Assembly: GCA_963776345.1 (NCBI GenBank)
Contig: CAVZMH010000022.1
Coordinates: 288,001 to 352,000 of the forward strand
Direction of reading: 5' to 3'
Length of the DNA stretch: 64,000 nt
Source: an uncultured delta proteobacterium
GTDB lineage: Bacteria > Myxococcota > Myxococcia > Myxococcales > Myxococcaceae
In this document: positions 1 to 10,017 of the stretch, piece by piece
Position numbering within the stretch: position 1 is the first letter of the stretch
How the letters are laid out: each line of letters starts with the position of its first letter
Made by a program: the position numbers and the translations under genes
The notes under the pieces: generated by a model
Told to the model about the DNA's origin: nothing
What the model saw: only the letters and a program-made list of their open reading frames with translations
Database searches by the model: none

Positions 1-91
1 GAGCGCGGCTGCTCGGCGGCCTGGCGCTGCGCGGCGAGGGACGACGTCGCCTCGGCGCGGCGACATCAGCCCCTCGCGGCGCGCTCGGTCT

Positions 92-670
92 CTACTTCTC
101 GCCCTTGCTCCAGGGCGGCACGACGCCGTTGGACCGGGCGTAGGCGATCGACTGGCCGAGGTGCTCCTGGTAGTGCCCGAGCGCGATCAGCACCAGCGCG
201 CGCTTGCTGAAGTCGCGCCCGAAAAAGTTCACCGTCTTGCCCAGCTCGGCATCCGGCATCTGCTTCACCTGGTTGCCGAACCAGATGAAGGAGTCGGTGA
301 GCAGCTTCTGGATCTTTGCCTTGTCGGTGGTCTGCTTGTCGAAGGTCTTCATCTGCGCCGCGACCTCCGCGGGGATCTCGAAGCCCATCTGCTTGCCGAA
401 GAAGTAGCTCGAGCCGGCAGCGTGCAGGTACACCTCGGCCACCGAGCGCACGCCCTTTGCAGGGCGCCAGTTGAACTTGCCCTGCGGCATGGCCTGCTCG
501 AGCGAGACCATCTGCTCCTGCACGTGTGCGAGGACCCCGGCCACGTCGGACTGGAAGGTCGACGCCGGCGCCGCCGCAGGCGCCGGAGCGGCCGGGGCCG
601 CACCCTGGGCGAAGGCGGGAAGCGATAGGGCGAGACAGGAGGTCAGGAGCAACTTGCGCGTCAATGGCAT
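92..670 (-). CDS. DinB/YfiT-like superfamily protein with signal peptide
   Basis: Start MPLTRKLLL (ATG at 670), signal peptide ending PAFA; motifs WRPAKGVRSVAEVYLH and HYQEHLGQ..YARSNGVVPPWS give the DinB His triad. Confidence 0.8.
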   Translation of the reverse strand: MPLTRKLLLTSCLALSLPAFAQGAAPAAPAPAAAPASTFQSDVAGVLAHVQEQMVSLEQAMPQGKFNWRPAKGVRSVAEVYLHAAGSSYFFGKQMGFEIPAEVAAQMKTFDKQTTDKAKIQKLLTDSFIWFGNQVKQMPDAELGKTVNFFGRDFSKRALVLIALGHYQEHLGQSIAYARSNGVVPPWSKGEK

Positions 671-684
671 GTGGGCTCTCCGGT

Positions 685-2346
685 TCAGACCGGCGTGGGG
701 CGGGACCAGACGCGCTGCAGCAGGGGGGCGAGCCCCACCACCACGGCGCATCCGAGCACGTTGTACCAGAGGTACCCCATGCTGCCGAACGTTGCTGCAG
801 CCAGCACCGCGATCTCCCCTGCCACCGTCGCCCAGAACGCCGCGCGGCCCCCCACCCGCGCGAGGAAGAAGCCCACCAGGAACACGCCGAGCATGGGGCC
901 GTAGAAGAGCGAGCCCAGGACGTTGACCGCCTGGATGAGGTTGTCGAGCAGCGAGGCGAAGGTGGCGAACCCCACCGCCACCACGCCCCAGGCCGCGGTC
1001 GACCAGCGCGCCACCGCCAGCGTCGTCGCATCCGGCGCATCGGGGTGGCGCGGACGGTAGAAGTCCACCACCGTCGTGGCGCCGAGCGACGAGAGCGCCG
1101 CCGAGTTGGCGGACATCGCCGCCGAGAGGATGACCGCCACCAGGAGCCCGATCAGCCCGCGCGGGAAGTGGTCCAGCACGAAGCGAAGGAAGATGAAGTC
1201 CGCGTCCTTCGGGTCGGCGCCGGGGTGGGCCCGCGCCACCAGCGCCCCGGTCTCCTTCCGCAGCGCCTGGACCCGGTCCTCGGCAGCCCGCAGCGCGTCG
1301 GTGTTCCCTCCGCCGGCGAGCCAGGTGTCGATGGCCCCGCGCTTCTCGGCGAAGAGCCGGGCCTGCGTCGCCTCGAGCCGGACCACCTCCGCCGGATGCG
1401 TCGCCCGCACCCGCTCAAGCTCCGCCCGGTTGAAGAACAGCGGTGGGGGGGTGAGCTGGTAGACGACGAAGACCATCACCCCGATGAAGAGGATGAAGAG
1501 CTGCATCGGCACCTTGAGCAGCCCGTTCATCAAAAGGCCCCGCCGGCTCTCGGCCAGCGGACCTCCGGCGAGGTAGCGCTGAACCTGGGACTGGTCGGTG
1601 CCGAAGTAGGCCAGCTGCACGAACAGCCCGCCCAGCAGGCCGGACCAGAGCGTGTAGCGCGTGTCCAGGCGCAGGGAGGTGTCGACCCCCTGGAGCTTGC
1701 CGAGCACGCCGGCCAGCGCGACGCCTTGCCCGAACGAGACCCCCGGCGGCAGCCGGGTGATGGCCACCCAGAGCGCCACCACCAGGCCGATCAGGATGAC
1801 CGCCATCTGCGCGGTCTGGGTCCGGCTCACCGCGCGGCTCCCGCCTGCGACGGTATAAGCAATCGTCACGGCGCCGAGGACCAGGTTGGTGCGGAGGACG
1901 GGCCAGCCCAGCACCGCCGAGAGCACCAGGGCCGGCGCGTAGATGGCCAGCCCCGAGGCCATCCCGCGCGACACCAGGAAGAGCAGGGCGGTGAACTGCC
2001 GCGTCCGCCGGTCGAAGCGTTGCTCGAGGTACTGGTAGGCGGTGTAGACCGAGAGCCGGTGGTAGACCGGCAGGATGATCGCCGAGAGCAGCACCATGGC
2101 AATCGGTAGCCCGAAGTAGAACTGCACGAACCCCAGTCCGTCCTGGTACGCCTGCCCCGGCACCGAGAGGAAGGTGATGGCGCTGGCCTGGGTGGCGATG
2201 ACCGACAGGCCGATGGTCCACCAGCGGATGTCCTTCCCCGCCCTCAGGAAGGAATCGGTGGTGTGCACCCCCCGGCTGCGCCAGGCGCCGAAGGCGACGA
2301 TGCCCAGGAGGGTGAGGACCAGCACCGTCCAGTCGAGCGCGCTCAC
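685..2346 (-). CDS. Sodium:solute symporter (SSS family)
   Basis: Polytopic membrane protein; LDW N-terminus, ATQASAITFLSVPGQAY, AYQYLEQRFD, YFGTDQSQVQRYL; GTG start at 2346 overlaps the stop of an upstream small ORF. Confidence 0.9.
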   Translation of the reverse strand: MSALDWTVLVLTLLGIVAFGAWRSRGVHTTDSFLRAGKDIRWWTIGLSVIATQASAITFLSVPGQAYQDGLGFVQFYFGLPIAMVLLSAIILPVYHRLSVYTAYQYLEQRFDRRTRQFTALLFLVSRGMASGLAIYAPALVLSAVLGWPVLRTNLVLGAVTIAYTVAGGSRAVSRTQTAQMAVILIGLVVALWVAITRLPPGVSFGQGVALAGVLGKLQGVDTSLRLDTRYTLWSGLLGGLFVQLAYFGTDQSQVQRYLAGGPLAESRRGLLMNGLLKVPMQLFILFIGVMVFVVYQLTPPPLFFNRAELERVRATHPAEVVRLEATQARLFAEKRGAIDTWLAGGGNTDALRAAEDRVQALRKETGALVARAHPGADPKDADFIFLRFVLDHFPRGLIGLLVAVILSAAMSANSAALSSLGATTVVDFYRPRHPDAPDATTLAVARWSTAAWGVVAVGFATFASLLDNLIQAVNVLGSLFYGPMLGVFLVGFFLARVGGRAAFWATVAGEIAVLAAATFGSMGYLWYNVLGCAVVVGLAPLLQRVWSRPTPV

Positions 2347-2462
2347 GGGAAGGCCCGGGCCAGCACCCACAGGCCGGCGATCTCCAGCGCGAGCACCACC
2401 AGGATCAGCGCGTAGAGCCGGCTCCAGCGCTCGGCCGGCTCCTCAGCCTCCTGCTCAGCCAC
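2343..2462 (-). CDS. Small single-pass membrane protein (39 aa), not in ORF track
   Basis: Manual translation MAEQEAEEPAERWSRLYALILVVLALEIAGLWVLARAFP*; overlaps the PIG-L stop and the symporter start (GTGA), implying translational coupling. Confidence 0.7.
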   Translation of the reverse strand: MAEQEAEEPAERWSRLYALILVVLALEIAGLWVLARAFP

Positions 2463-4947
2463 CCGCGTCCACCAGGTTGGCGAACAGCCGGAACGCGCCC
2501 GGCACCCCGGCGGGGAGCTGCCGGAAGAACGACAGCCCGGTGTAGACGAAGGCGCCCTTCCCGGACCGGGCGATCAGGATCGAGCCCTTCAACGGCGGCT
2601 CACCAGGGTCGTGCATCGCCAGCGGCGCGGCGTAGCGCGGATCCCACGACTCCGCGAAGTACAGCCCGCGCTCCTGCACCCACCCCGCCCAGTCGTCGGG
2701 CCCGATGCGGTTGGGGCCGGTGAGCACCGGGTGCGCCGCCGCCTCGACCGCCGCCGTCTCGTCGGTGACCCGTCCGTGGCCGATCTGGAAGGGGAAGGGC
2801 CCGAGGTCGGGCGGCGCCGAGGAGATCCAGTTGCTGGTCACGTACTGCACCAGCACCGTCCCGCCCGAGGCAACGTACTCCATGAGCTTGGGGTGGAGCG
2901 CCTGCAGCTGCGGCTCGACGTTGAACGCCCGGATGCCGAACACCACGGCGTCGAAGCGGCCCAGGGCGCTCTCTCGCAGGTCGGCGAGCGACAGCGGCGT
3001 GACCTCGTACCCCGCCTGACGCAGCGCCTCGGGCACCTCGTCTCCGGGGCCGGGGACGTAGCCGATGCGATGCCTGGCGTGCGCCACGTCGGCGCGGGTG
3101 AGCTGGACCGTGGCCGGCGGGAGCCAGGTCTGGATGGGGATGTGGGCCGCGTCGATGCGGTGCAGGCCACGATCGAACCGCTGGCCGTCCACCGTGGCGA
3201 CCGCGCGGAGCGTCCCGCGCGCGGCGGTCCGCGGAGGGCTCACCCGAAAGCGGAGCGTGGACTCGCCGCCGGCCTTCACGGTGAACGGCGCGCTCGCTGG
3301 CTCGGCGGAGAACCCCGGTGGAAGCTCGAGGGCCAGCGTGCCCGAGGCGCCGCGGACGCTGCGCACCGTCACCTCGAGCTGGCGGGGGGAGGCGTCCGGG
3401 AAGAGCAGGAGCCCGCTGGGCGGATCCACCGTCACCGCCGGCAGGACCTCGAGCCGGCGGTAGCGCTCTCCGATCACCGGGTCGGTCCACTTGTAGGCCA
3501 CCGGCCGGTGGACGGTGATGGACTCGCTCCCGAAGGCGAAGACCAGCTCCGCCTCGAGCGGCGCCGGCTCCTCGGGGAGCCCCGCCAGCGCCGGGTCCCG
3601 CACCGGGTAGAGGCCCGGCTCCGGCGCGTCCAGCCAGGCGGGGTTGGAGAGGCGCGTGTCCGCTGGGACCTCGAGCGGCGCCTTCGCCTCGAGCGGGACG
3701 CCGGCCTTCAGCGCGGACGGCCCGAGCAGCGCGCGGCTACCCACCCGGGCCGAGGTGAGCGAGACCTGCGCCGGCCGGCGGAGCAGCACGCTGGTGGTCG
3801 CGGTCACGCTGCCGCCGGGCGAGGTGCTGGGGCGGTCCGCGGTGACGTCGGCGAAGAGCCCGGCGCAGGCGAGCACCGCCCGGTCGACCTCGCCGAGCTT
3901 CGCCTCCTTCCACGGATGCTCGGGCATCCGCCGCAGCTCGGCGCGCGCGGCGAGGAGCCCCGGGATCGCGGCCTCGGGAGCGCCCGTCCGGTACGCCTGG
4001 CGTGCCCGCTTCAGCTCCGAGACCAGGCGCGCCGTCCCGGGCACGCGCGACCAGTCGAATGTCACGCCATCCAGCGGCCCGTCCTTCATCGCCTCGCCGG
4101 CGAGGGGGTGAAAGGCCTCGATCGTCGGACCGCGGCGTCGCGCCGCGCCGAAGCCCTGGCTCTTGTGGTTGCTGCGGCTGTCGGCGGCGAGCTCCGGATA
4201 CGACAGCCCGAGCCACGGGTCGTAGCCGCCCACGTCGAGGTGAGGGAGCTTTGCCAGCTCCGCATCCGACTTCCCGAAGAAGTTGCTCTCGTTCCACACC
4301 ACCCGGCGCGCCTTCCACGGGCCCAGCCGCCGGTGCTCGGCATCCGGCATGTACGAGGGATCCGCGGCGCGGGTGAACGCCTCCACCGCCAGCCGCGCCG
4401 AGGCGGTGTGCTGCCCGTGCGTCTCGCCGGCCTCGAGGGGGAAGCGGGTGATGATCACGTCCGGACGGAACCGCCGGATGGCGAGCACCACGTCGGCGAG
4501 CAGCGCGTCGTGCCCCCAGATGGAGAGCGACTCCTCGGGACTCTTCGAGTAGCCGAAGTCCCGCGCCCGGGTGAACAGCTGCTCGGCCCCGTCCATCGCG
4601 CGCGCCGCGAGCAGCTCCTGGGTGCGGATGAGCCCGAGCGCGGGGCCCAGCTCCGGGCCGATCAGGTTCTGGCCGCCGTCGCCCCGCGTCACCGACAGAT
4701 AGCCGGTGCGAAGCAGCGAATGGTTGGAAAGGTAAGCCAGGAGGCGGGTGTTCTCGTCGTCCGGGTGGGCGGCGACGTAGAGGACACCTCCCACCACCAG
4801 CAACCGATCGAGCCAGCGTTCCAGCCGCGCTCCATCGGGCTGGGAGGGGCGCAGGGTGGGCGCAGCGTTCGCGGTGGAGAGCAGCAGGGGCAGGGTGAGG
4901 ACCATCGGGGCAAGCAAGACGCGGCGCGCGCGTTTGGACGGGTGCAT
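2455..4947 (-). CDS. Large exported PIG-L/LmbE-family deacetylase with C-terminal Ig-like and amidotransferase-like domains
   Basis: AAHPDDEN metal motif, TRGDGGQNLIG, IRTQELLAAR, HGQH; signal peptide ending TANA; start uncertain (4905, 4947 or 4974). Confidence 0.85.
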   Translation of the reverse strand: MHPSKRARRVLLAPMVLTLPLLLSTANAAPTLRPSQPDGARLERWLDRLLVVGGVLYVAAHPDDENTRLLAYLSNHSLLRTGYLSVTRGDGGQNLIGPELGPALGLIRTQELLAARAMDGAEQLFTRARDFGYSKSPEESLSIWGHDALLADVVLAIRRFRPDVIITRFPLEAGETHGQHTASARLAVEAFTRAADPSYMPDAEHRRLGPWKARRVVWNESNFFGKSDAELAKLPHLDVGGYDPWLGLSYPELAADSRSNHKSQGFGAARRRGPTIEAFHPLAGEAMKDGPLDGVTFDWSRVPGTARLVSELKRARQAYRTGAPEAAIPGLLAARAELRRMPEHPWKEAKLGEVDRAVLACAGLFADVTADRPSTSPGGSVTATTSVLLRRPAQVSLTSARVGSRALLGPSALKAGVPLEAKAPLEVPADTRLSNPAWLDAPEPGLYPVRDPALAGLPEEPAPLEAELVFAFGSESITVHRPVAYKWTDPVIGERYRRLEVLPAVTVDPPSGLLLFPDASPRQLEVTVRSVRGASGTLALELPPGFSAEPASAPFTVKAGGESTLRFRVSPPRTAARGTLRAVATVDGQRFDRGLHRIDAAHIPIQTWLPPATVQLTRADVAHARHRIGYVPGPGDEVPEALRQAGYEVTPLSLADLRESALGRFDAVVFGIRAFNVEPQLQALHPKLMEYVASGGTVLVQYVTSNWISSAPPDLGPFPFQIGHGRVTDETAAVEAAAHPVLTGPNRIGPDDWAGWVQERGLYFAESWDPRYAAPLAMHDPGEPPLKGSILIARSGKGAFVYTGLSFFRQLPAGVPGAFRLFANLVDAGG

Positions 4948-4972
4948 GGGCACTGGTACGGTGGAATCTGGC

Positions 4973-6577
4973 ATGGCTTCGGACTTCTTCGCGCAGTTCA
5001 TCGCCGGGGAAGCCGACGCCGCGACACTCCTGCCCGCGAGCCCGCTGGACCCGAAGGCCTGGGACCAGGCCACGGCCCGCGCCTCGCGGCGCCGGCCGGT
5101 GCAGGGAGTGGTCGAGGAGCTGCAGCGACAGGCGGCGGCGCTGCCGGCCTCCGCCGCGCGGGATGCGGCCCTCGCCGCGCTCGAGCTCCCGGGGACGACC
5201 TGCGTCGTGACCGGACAGCAAGTCGGTGTCTTCCTCGGTCCGCTGTACACGTTGCACAAGGCCGCGACCGCGGTGGCGCGGTCCAGGTGGCTCGGCGAAC
5301 GCACGGGGCGGCCGTGCATTCCAGTCTTCTGGCTGCAGACCGAGGACCACGACTGGGCGGAGGTGGCCCGGTTCGACGGCTGCGTGCGCGGGAGCTGGAG
5401 CTCGGGCCGGCTTCCCCCCGAGCCGGCCGCCGAGGCCCGCGTGTCCCTGGCCCATCGCCGGCTCCCGCCGGAGGTCGAGGTCCACCTCGCGGCCCTCTCG
5501 CGGACGCTGGCCCCGCTGCCGCACGGCGCCGCGGTGTCGGCGCTCCTCGGCCGGCACTACGTCGCGGGGCGCTCGCCCGGCGCGGCCTTCGCCGGGGTCC
5601 TCTCCGAGCTGTTCGCCGAGGAGGGCCTGGTGCTGCTCGATCCGCGGACCCCCGCCATGGCGGCGCGTGCCGCGCCTCTGGTCCGCTTCGCGCTCGAGGA
5701 GCACGACGCGATCGGAGCCGCGCTCGAGGCGCGCTGCATGGAGCTCGCCCGCCACGGGTTCCACGAGCAGGTGCACACCCGCGCCGACGCCTCGCTGGCC
5801 TTCTTCCACCCCGCCGGCCCCGCGGGCCCCCGCTTCCGGCCGGACCGCGACGGTGACGGGTTCCGCACGCCGCTCGGGAGGGTCTCGCTGGCCGAGCTGC
5901 GCGCGCGGCTCGCCGACGTTCCGCTCTCCTTCAGCACCTCGGCGCTGCTGCGCCCGCTGGTGCAGGACACGCTGCTGCCCACCGCGGCGTACCTGGGTGG
6001 ACCGGCCGAGTGCACCTACTTCGCCCAGCTCCCGCCCCTCTACCAGCTGGCCGGGGTGGAGCTGCCGATGATCGGCCCGCGGGCGAGGTTCCGGGTGGTG
6101 GACCCGTGGACCGCCGGAGCGCTCGGGCGGCTCGGGCTCACTGCGGAGGACACGGACCAGCCGGTCCACGCGCTGGCCGCGCGGCTCCACGCCTGGCCTC
6201 CCTGGATGGACGGCTCGCTCCGCCAGCGTCTGCTCGGGCCCGTCGAGCGGGAGCTGGAGGCGCTCCGACCCGAGGCGGTGGCGCTCGACCCCGCGCTGGC
6301 CCGGAACGTGGAGAAGACCAGGGCGCACCTGGCGCGCGGCGTGGACCGCTTCATCGGCCGGCTGCAGCGCGCGGTGCTCTCCTCGAGCGGCGTGGGAACG
6401 GGCGCCCTCACCGCCCTCGAGCAGGTGACCGCGGCGCTGAACCCGGGAGGACGGCCCCAGGAGCGCGTGCACGGATTCTGGGCCATCGCCGCCGAGGTGG
6501 GTCCGCGCGCCCTGGTCTCCAGCCTGGTGGCGGCCGCCGCGCCGCTCTCGCCCGAGCTGCGGACGGTGCGGCCGTGA
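4973..6577 (+). CDS. bshC: Bacillithiol biosynthesis cysteine-adding enzyme BshC
   Basis: VVTGQQ.G.F.GPLYT.HKA, PVFWLQTEDHDWAE, LLRPLVQDTLLPTAAYLGGPAE..YFAQL, PQER; coupled to bshA. Confidence 0.92.
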   Translation: MASDFFAQFIAGEADAATLLPASPLDPKAWDQATARASRRRPVQGVVEELQRQAAALPASAARDAALAALELPGTTCVVTGQQVGVFLGPLYTLHKAATAVARSRWLGERTGRPCIPVFWLQTEDHDWAEVARFDGCVRGSWSSGRLPPEPAAEARVSLAHRRLPPEVEVHLAALSRTLAPLPHGAAVSALLGRHYVAGRSPGAAFAGVLSELFAEEGLVLLDPRTPAMAARAAPLVRFALEEHDAIGAALEARCMELARHGFHEQVHTRADASLAFFHPAGPAGPRFRPDRDGDGFRTPLGRVSLAELRARLADVPLSFSTSALLRPLVQDTLLPTAAYLGGPAECTYFAQLPPLYQLAGVELPMIGPRARFRVVDPWTAGALGRLGLTAEDTDQPVHALAARLHAWPPWMDGSLRQRLLGPVERELEALRPEAVALDPALARNVEKTRAHLARGVDRFIGRLQRAVLSSSGVGTGALTALEQVTAALNPGGRPQERVHGFWAIAAEVGPRALVSSLVAAAAPLSPELRTVRP

Positions 6578-7764
6578 GCGCGCTCGGCGTCGGCATCGCC
6601 TGCTTCCCCACGGTGGGCGGGAGCGGAGTCGCCGCCTCTCAGCTCGCGATGCAGCTGGCCGCGCGCGGCCACCGGGTCCACGTCTTCTCCGCGGGTGTCC
6701 CGGTGCGCCTGGAAGGGGCTGGCCCGTGGACGGTGCACCGGGTCGCCACCTCACCCCGGCCCCCGTCCGAGGCGGTGGCGCAGCCGATCGCGCTGGCGAG
6801 GGCCATGGCGGAGGTGACGGTGCGCGAATCGCTGGACCTCCTGCACGTGCACTACGCGCTCCCGCACGGGCCCGCGGCGCTGCTCGCCCGGGAACTGGTG
6901 CGAGGCCAGGGTCGCCGGCCTCCGGGGCTGGTCACCACGCTGCACGGCACCGACGTGACCGGCGTGGCGCACGACGCGGCGATGCGCGCGCAGGTCCGCG
7001 AGGCGGTGCTCGGCAGCGGCGCGGTCCTCACCCCGTCCGCCTGGCTGCGCCGGGTGGCGATCGAGACGCTCGCGCTCCCGCCGAGCGTCGGGGTGGCGGT
7101 GGTGCCGAACTTCGTCGACCCCCGGACGTTCCACCCGCTCGACGACGGCGCGGGGGAGGTGCCGGCGCTCTTCCCCGCGCTCGACTGGAGCCCCGGCCGG
7201 CGTCCCGCGGTGCTGCTCCATGCCTCCAACTTCCGGCCGGTGAAGCGGGTGGGCGACGCGGTGCGGGCGCTGGCCGAGGTGCGGCGCAGCCGGGCGGCGG
7301 TGCTGGTGCTGGTGGGCGATGGGCCGGATCGCGAGGCCGTGGAGGCGCTCGCGGCTTCGCTCGGCGTCCGGGACGCGGTGGCCTTCGCCGGGGAGCGCCG
7401 CTCGCTGGGCGACCTCTTCGCCCACGCCGATCTGTTCCTGCTCCCCAGCGCGCAGGAGAGCTTCGGCCTCGCCGCGCTCGAGTCGCTGGCCTCGGGCGTC
7501 CCGGTGGTGGCCAGCGACGTGGGTGGCGTGCCCGAGGTGGTGACCCACGGCGAGACGGGCTGGCTCGTGCCGCCCGGGGATCCGGCGGCGATGGCGTCGG
7601 CGGCGCTCTCCCTGCTCGCCGACCCGCCTCGGCGCGCGGCGATGGGCCGGGCGGCGCGGGCGGCGGCCCTCGCGCGCTTCCAGCCCGGGCCGCTGGTCTC
7701 GCGGGTGGAGGAGATCTACCGCGGGGTCTTGGCACCGGCGTCCGGCGATCCAGCTCCCGGCTGA
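6574..7764 (+). CDS. bshA: N-acetyl-alpha-D-glucosaminyl L-malate synthase BshA (GT4)
   Basis: GIACFPTVGGSGVAA, LLHVHYALPH, TTLHGTDVT, HASNFRPVKR, ESFGLAALE; GTGA overlap with bshC. Confidence 0.92.
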   Translation: MSALGVGIACFPTVGGSGVAASQLAMQLAARGHRVHVFSAGVPVRLEGAGPWTVHRVATSPRPPSEAVAQPIALARAMAEVTVRESLDLLHVHYALPHGPAALLARELVRGQGRRPPGLVTTLHGTDVTGVAHDAAMRAQVREAVLGSGAVLTPSAWLRRVAIETLALPPSVGVAVVPNFVDPRTFHPLDDGAGEVPALFPALDWSPGRRPAVLLHASNFRPVKRVGDAVRALAEVRRSRAAVLVLVGDGPDREAVEALAASLGVRDAVAFAGERRSLGDLFAHADLFLLPSAQESFGLAALESLASGVPVVASDVGGVPEVVTHGETGWLVPPGDPAAMASAALSLLADPPRRAAMGRAARAAALARFQPGPLVSRVEEIYRGVLAPASGDPAPG

Positions 7765-7921
7765 TCCGGCGCCGCTCCGGACGGCGGAGAGCCGGGGCAA
7801 GTGTCCGTGGCCGGACAGGCGCCACGGGGTCGCGCTGCCGCTCACCGCAAGCGCCTCGGCAGGTCGGGCGTACTGAGGCAGAACGGTCTATGCAGCGGAT
7901 GACGCGAGAAGGAGGGCAGGC

Positions 7922-8281
7922 ATGAGCACGACAGGATGGAAGTGGCTGACCCGTGCGGCGGTGCTGGGGGCGGTGCTGTCCTCGCCTCATGCCGCGTGGG
8001 CCCAGAGCGTCGGGCTGCCCGGGACCACCGGTGGCAGCTCGCAGACCAGTGCCGCCACCATCAACAACGCGCCGACCTTCGACCCCTCCGCGCAGGCCGC
8101 CGCGCTCCTCATCGGAAACTACCGCGTCCCCGGCGCGCCGCCCGTCGACCCCACCGCCACGTACCGGGTCCCGACCGCGGGCGCCGGCGGAGGCTCGAGC
8201 ACCACCACCAGCACCACCACCACCACCACCAACACCAGCACCGCCACCACGGCGACGGCGTCGACCACGGGCTCGCAGTAG
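7922..8281 (+). CDS. Hypothetical secreted Thr/Ser-rich protein
   Basis: RBS AAGGAGG, signal peptide ending AAWA, low-complexity poly-Thr tail. Confidence 0.65.
   Translation: MSTTGWKWLTRAAVLGAVLSSPHAAWAQSVGLPGTTGGSSQTSAATINNAPTFDPSAQAAALLIGNYRVPGAPPVDPTATYRVPTAGAGGGSSTTTSTTTTTTNTSTATTATASTTGSQ
8201..8250 (+). repeat. (ACC)n-rich trinucleotide tract encoding poly-Thr
   Basis: accaccaccagcaccaccaccaccaccaccaacaccagcaccgccaccac seen directly. Confidence 0.8.
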
Positions 8282-8403
8282 GGAACGCCCGAGCGGAGCG
8301 GCGCCGGTCGGCCGAGCGAGGCTCTGGCGTCGGGTGCGGGGGAGTGACAGCGTAGGCGCCTGCTTCCCCGGTGTCGCTCGCCCTCCCCGGAGGCCCCTCG
8401 CCG

Positions 8404-10017
8404 ATGTCGCTCGGAACGATGATGGAGTTCCCGCTGACGCTGGACCACCTCCTGGTCCGCGCCGAGCGGATGTTCCCGGCCGTGCCCGTCGTCTCCCGCC
8501 TGCCGGACCGCTCGCTCCACCGGACCACCTACGGGCAGGTGGCGAAGCGCGCCCGGGCCCTCGCCGAGGCGCTGGCCCGCGCCGGCCTGCGCCCGGGCGA
8601 CCGGGTGGCCACGCTGATGTGGAACCACGCCGCGCACCTCGAGGCCTACCTCGGCGTCCCGCTCGCCGGTGGCGTGGTGCACACGCTCAATCTCCGCCTC
8701 GCGCCGGAGGAGCTGGCGTTCATCGTCAGCCACGCCGACGACCGCTTCCTCCTGGTGGACGAGGTGCTGCTGCCGCTCTGGGAGAAGGTCCGCCCGCGGG
8801 CGGCGATCGAGCGGGTGGTGGTGGTCTCGGCGTCGCAGGGCGGCGAGTACGAGGCCCTGCTCTCCACCGCGACCGGCGGCTGGACCGCGCCGAGGCTCGC
8901 GGAGAGCGACCCGTGCGGCATGTGCTACACCTCCGGGACCACCGGGCAATCCAAGGGCGTGGTGTACACGCACCGGAGCACGATGCTGCACACGCTCAGC
9001 GCCGCCCTCGCCGACGGGCTCGCGCTGCGGCACGCCGACGCGGTCCTGCCGGTGGTCCCGATGTTCCATGCCAACGCCTGGGGTCTGCCCTACGCGGCGG
9101 TGATGACCGGCGCGAAGACCGTGTTCCCCGGGCCGGCGCTCGATGCGGAGAGCGTCCTCGACCTCATGGCGCGGGAGCAGGTGACGGTCTCCGCCGGGGT
9201 GCCGACGGTCTGGTTCGGCGTGCTCGAGGCGCTGGACCGCGAGCCCCGGCGCTGGGCGCTGGCGCCCGGCCTGCGGATGATCGTCGGGGGCTCGGCCGCG
9301 CCGGAGTCGCTCCTCCGCGGGTTCGACCGGCACGGGGTCACCGTGGTGCACGCCTGGGGCATGACCGAGATGTCGCCGCTCGGCTCGGTGTGCCACCTCG
9401 GGCCCGAGGCGGCGTCGCTCGACCAGGCCGGGAGGTACGCGCAGCGCGCGCGCCAGGGACGCCCGTCGCCGCTGGTCGAGATCCGCGCGGTGAACGAGGC
9501 CGGCGAGGTGCCGTGGGACGACCGGACGATGGGCGAACTTCAAGTCCGCGGCCCCTGGGTGACGGCGCGCTACCACCACAACGACGAGGTGAAGGACCGC
9601 TGGACTCCGGACGGCTGGTTCCGGACCGGCGACGTGGTCACCCTCGACGCGACGGGGAGCATCAAGCTGACCGACCGCACCAAAGATTTGGTCAAATCCG
9701 GCGGCGAGTGGATCTCCTCGGTCGATCTGGAGAACGTGCTGATGGGGCACCCCGCGGTGCAGGAGGCGGCGGTGGTGGCGGTGGCGCACCCGCGCTGGGG
9801 TGAGCGGCCCCTCGCCACGGTGGTGCTCCGGCGCGACCGCTCGGCGACCGCGCCCGAGCTCCAGGAGTTCCTGAAGGCCCGGTTCCCGAAGTTCTGGGTC
9901 CCCGAGGCCATCGTCTTCGCGGAGTCCATCCCGCGCACCTCGGCGGGCAAGTTCCGCAAGTCCGAGCTGCGCGAGCGGTACGCCGGCTGGACCTGGCCGG
10001 CTACTTCTTCCAGCTGA
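8404..10017 (+). CDS. Medium/long-chain fatty acid-CoA ligase (AlkK/DmdB-like)
   Basis: AMP-binding CYTSGTTGQSKGV, PMFHANAWG, AWGMTE, GWFRTGD, DRTKDLVKSGGEWISS, AGKFRK. Confidence 0.92.
   Translation: MSLGTMMEFPLTLDHLLVRAERMFPAVPVVSRLPDRSLHRTTYGQVAKRARALAEALARAGLRPGDRVATLMWNHAAHLEAYLGVPLAGGVVHTLNLRLAPEELAFIVSHADDRFLLVDEVLLPLWEKVRPRAAIERVVVVSASQGGEYEALLSTATGGWTAPRLAESDPCGMCYTSGTTGQSKGVVYTHRSTMLHTLSAALADGLALRHADAVLPVVPMFHANAWGLPYAAVMTGAKTVFPGPALDAESVLDLMAREQVTVSAGVPTVWFGVLEALDREPRRWALAPGLRMIVGGSAAPESLLRGFDRHGVTVVHAWGMTEMSPLGSVCHLGPEAASLDQAGRYAQRARQGRPSPLVEIRAVNEAGEVPWDDRTMGELQVRGPWVTARYHHNDEVKDRWTPDGWFRTGDVVTLDATGSIKLTDRTKDLVKSGGEWISSVDLENVLMGHPAVQEAAVVAVAHPRWGERPLATVVLRRDRSATAPELQEFLKARFPKFWVPEAIVFAESIPRTSAGKFRKSELRERYAGWTWPATSSS

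Noticed and set aside
2455..4947. Calling the PIG-L protein bshB
   Set aside because: At about 830 aa with a signal peptide it does not match the short cytoplasmic BshB1/B2 enzymes; only a possible functional link is proposed.
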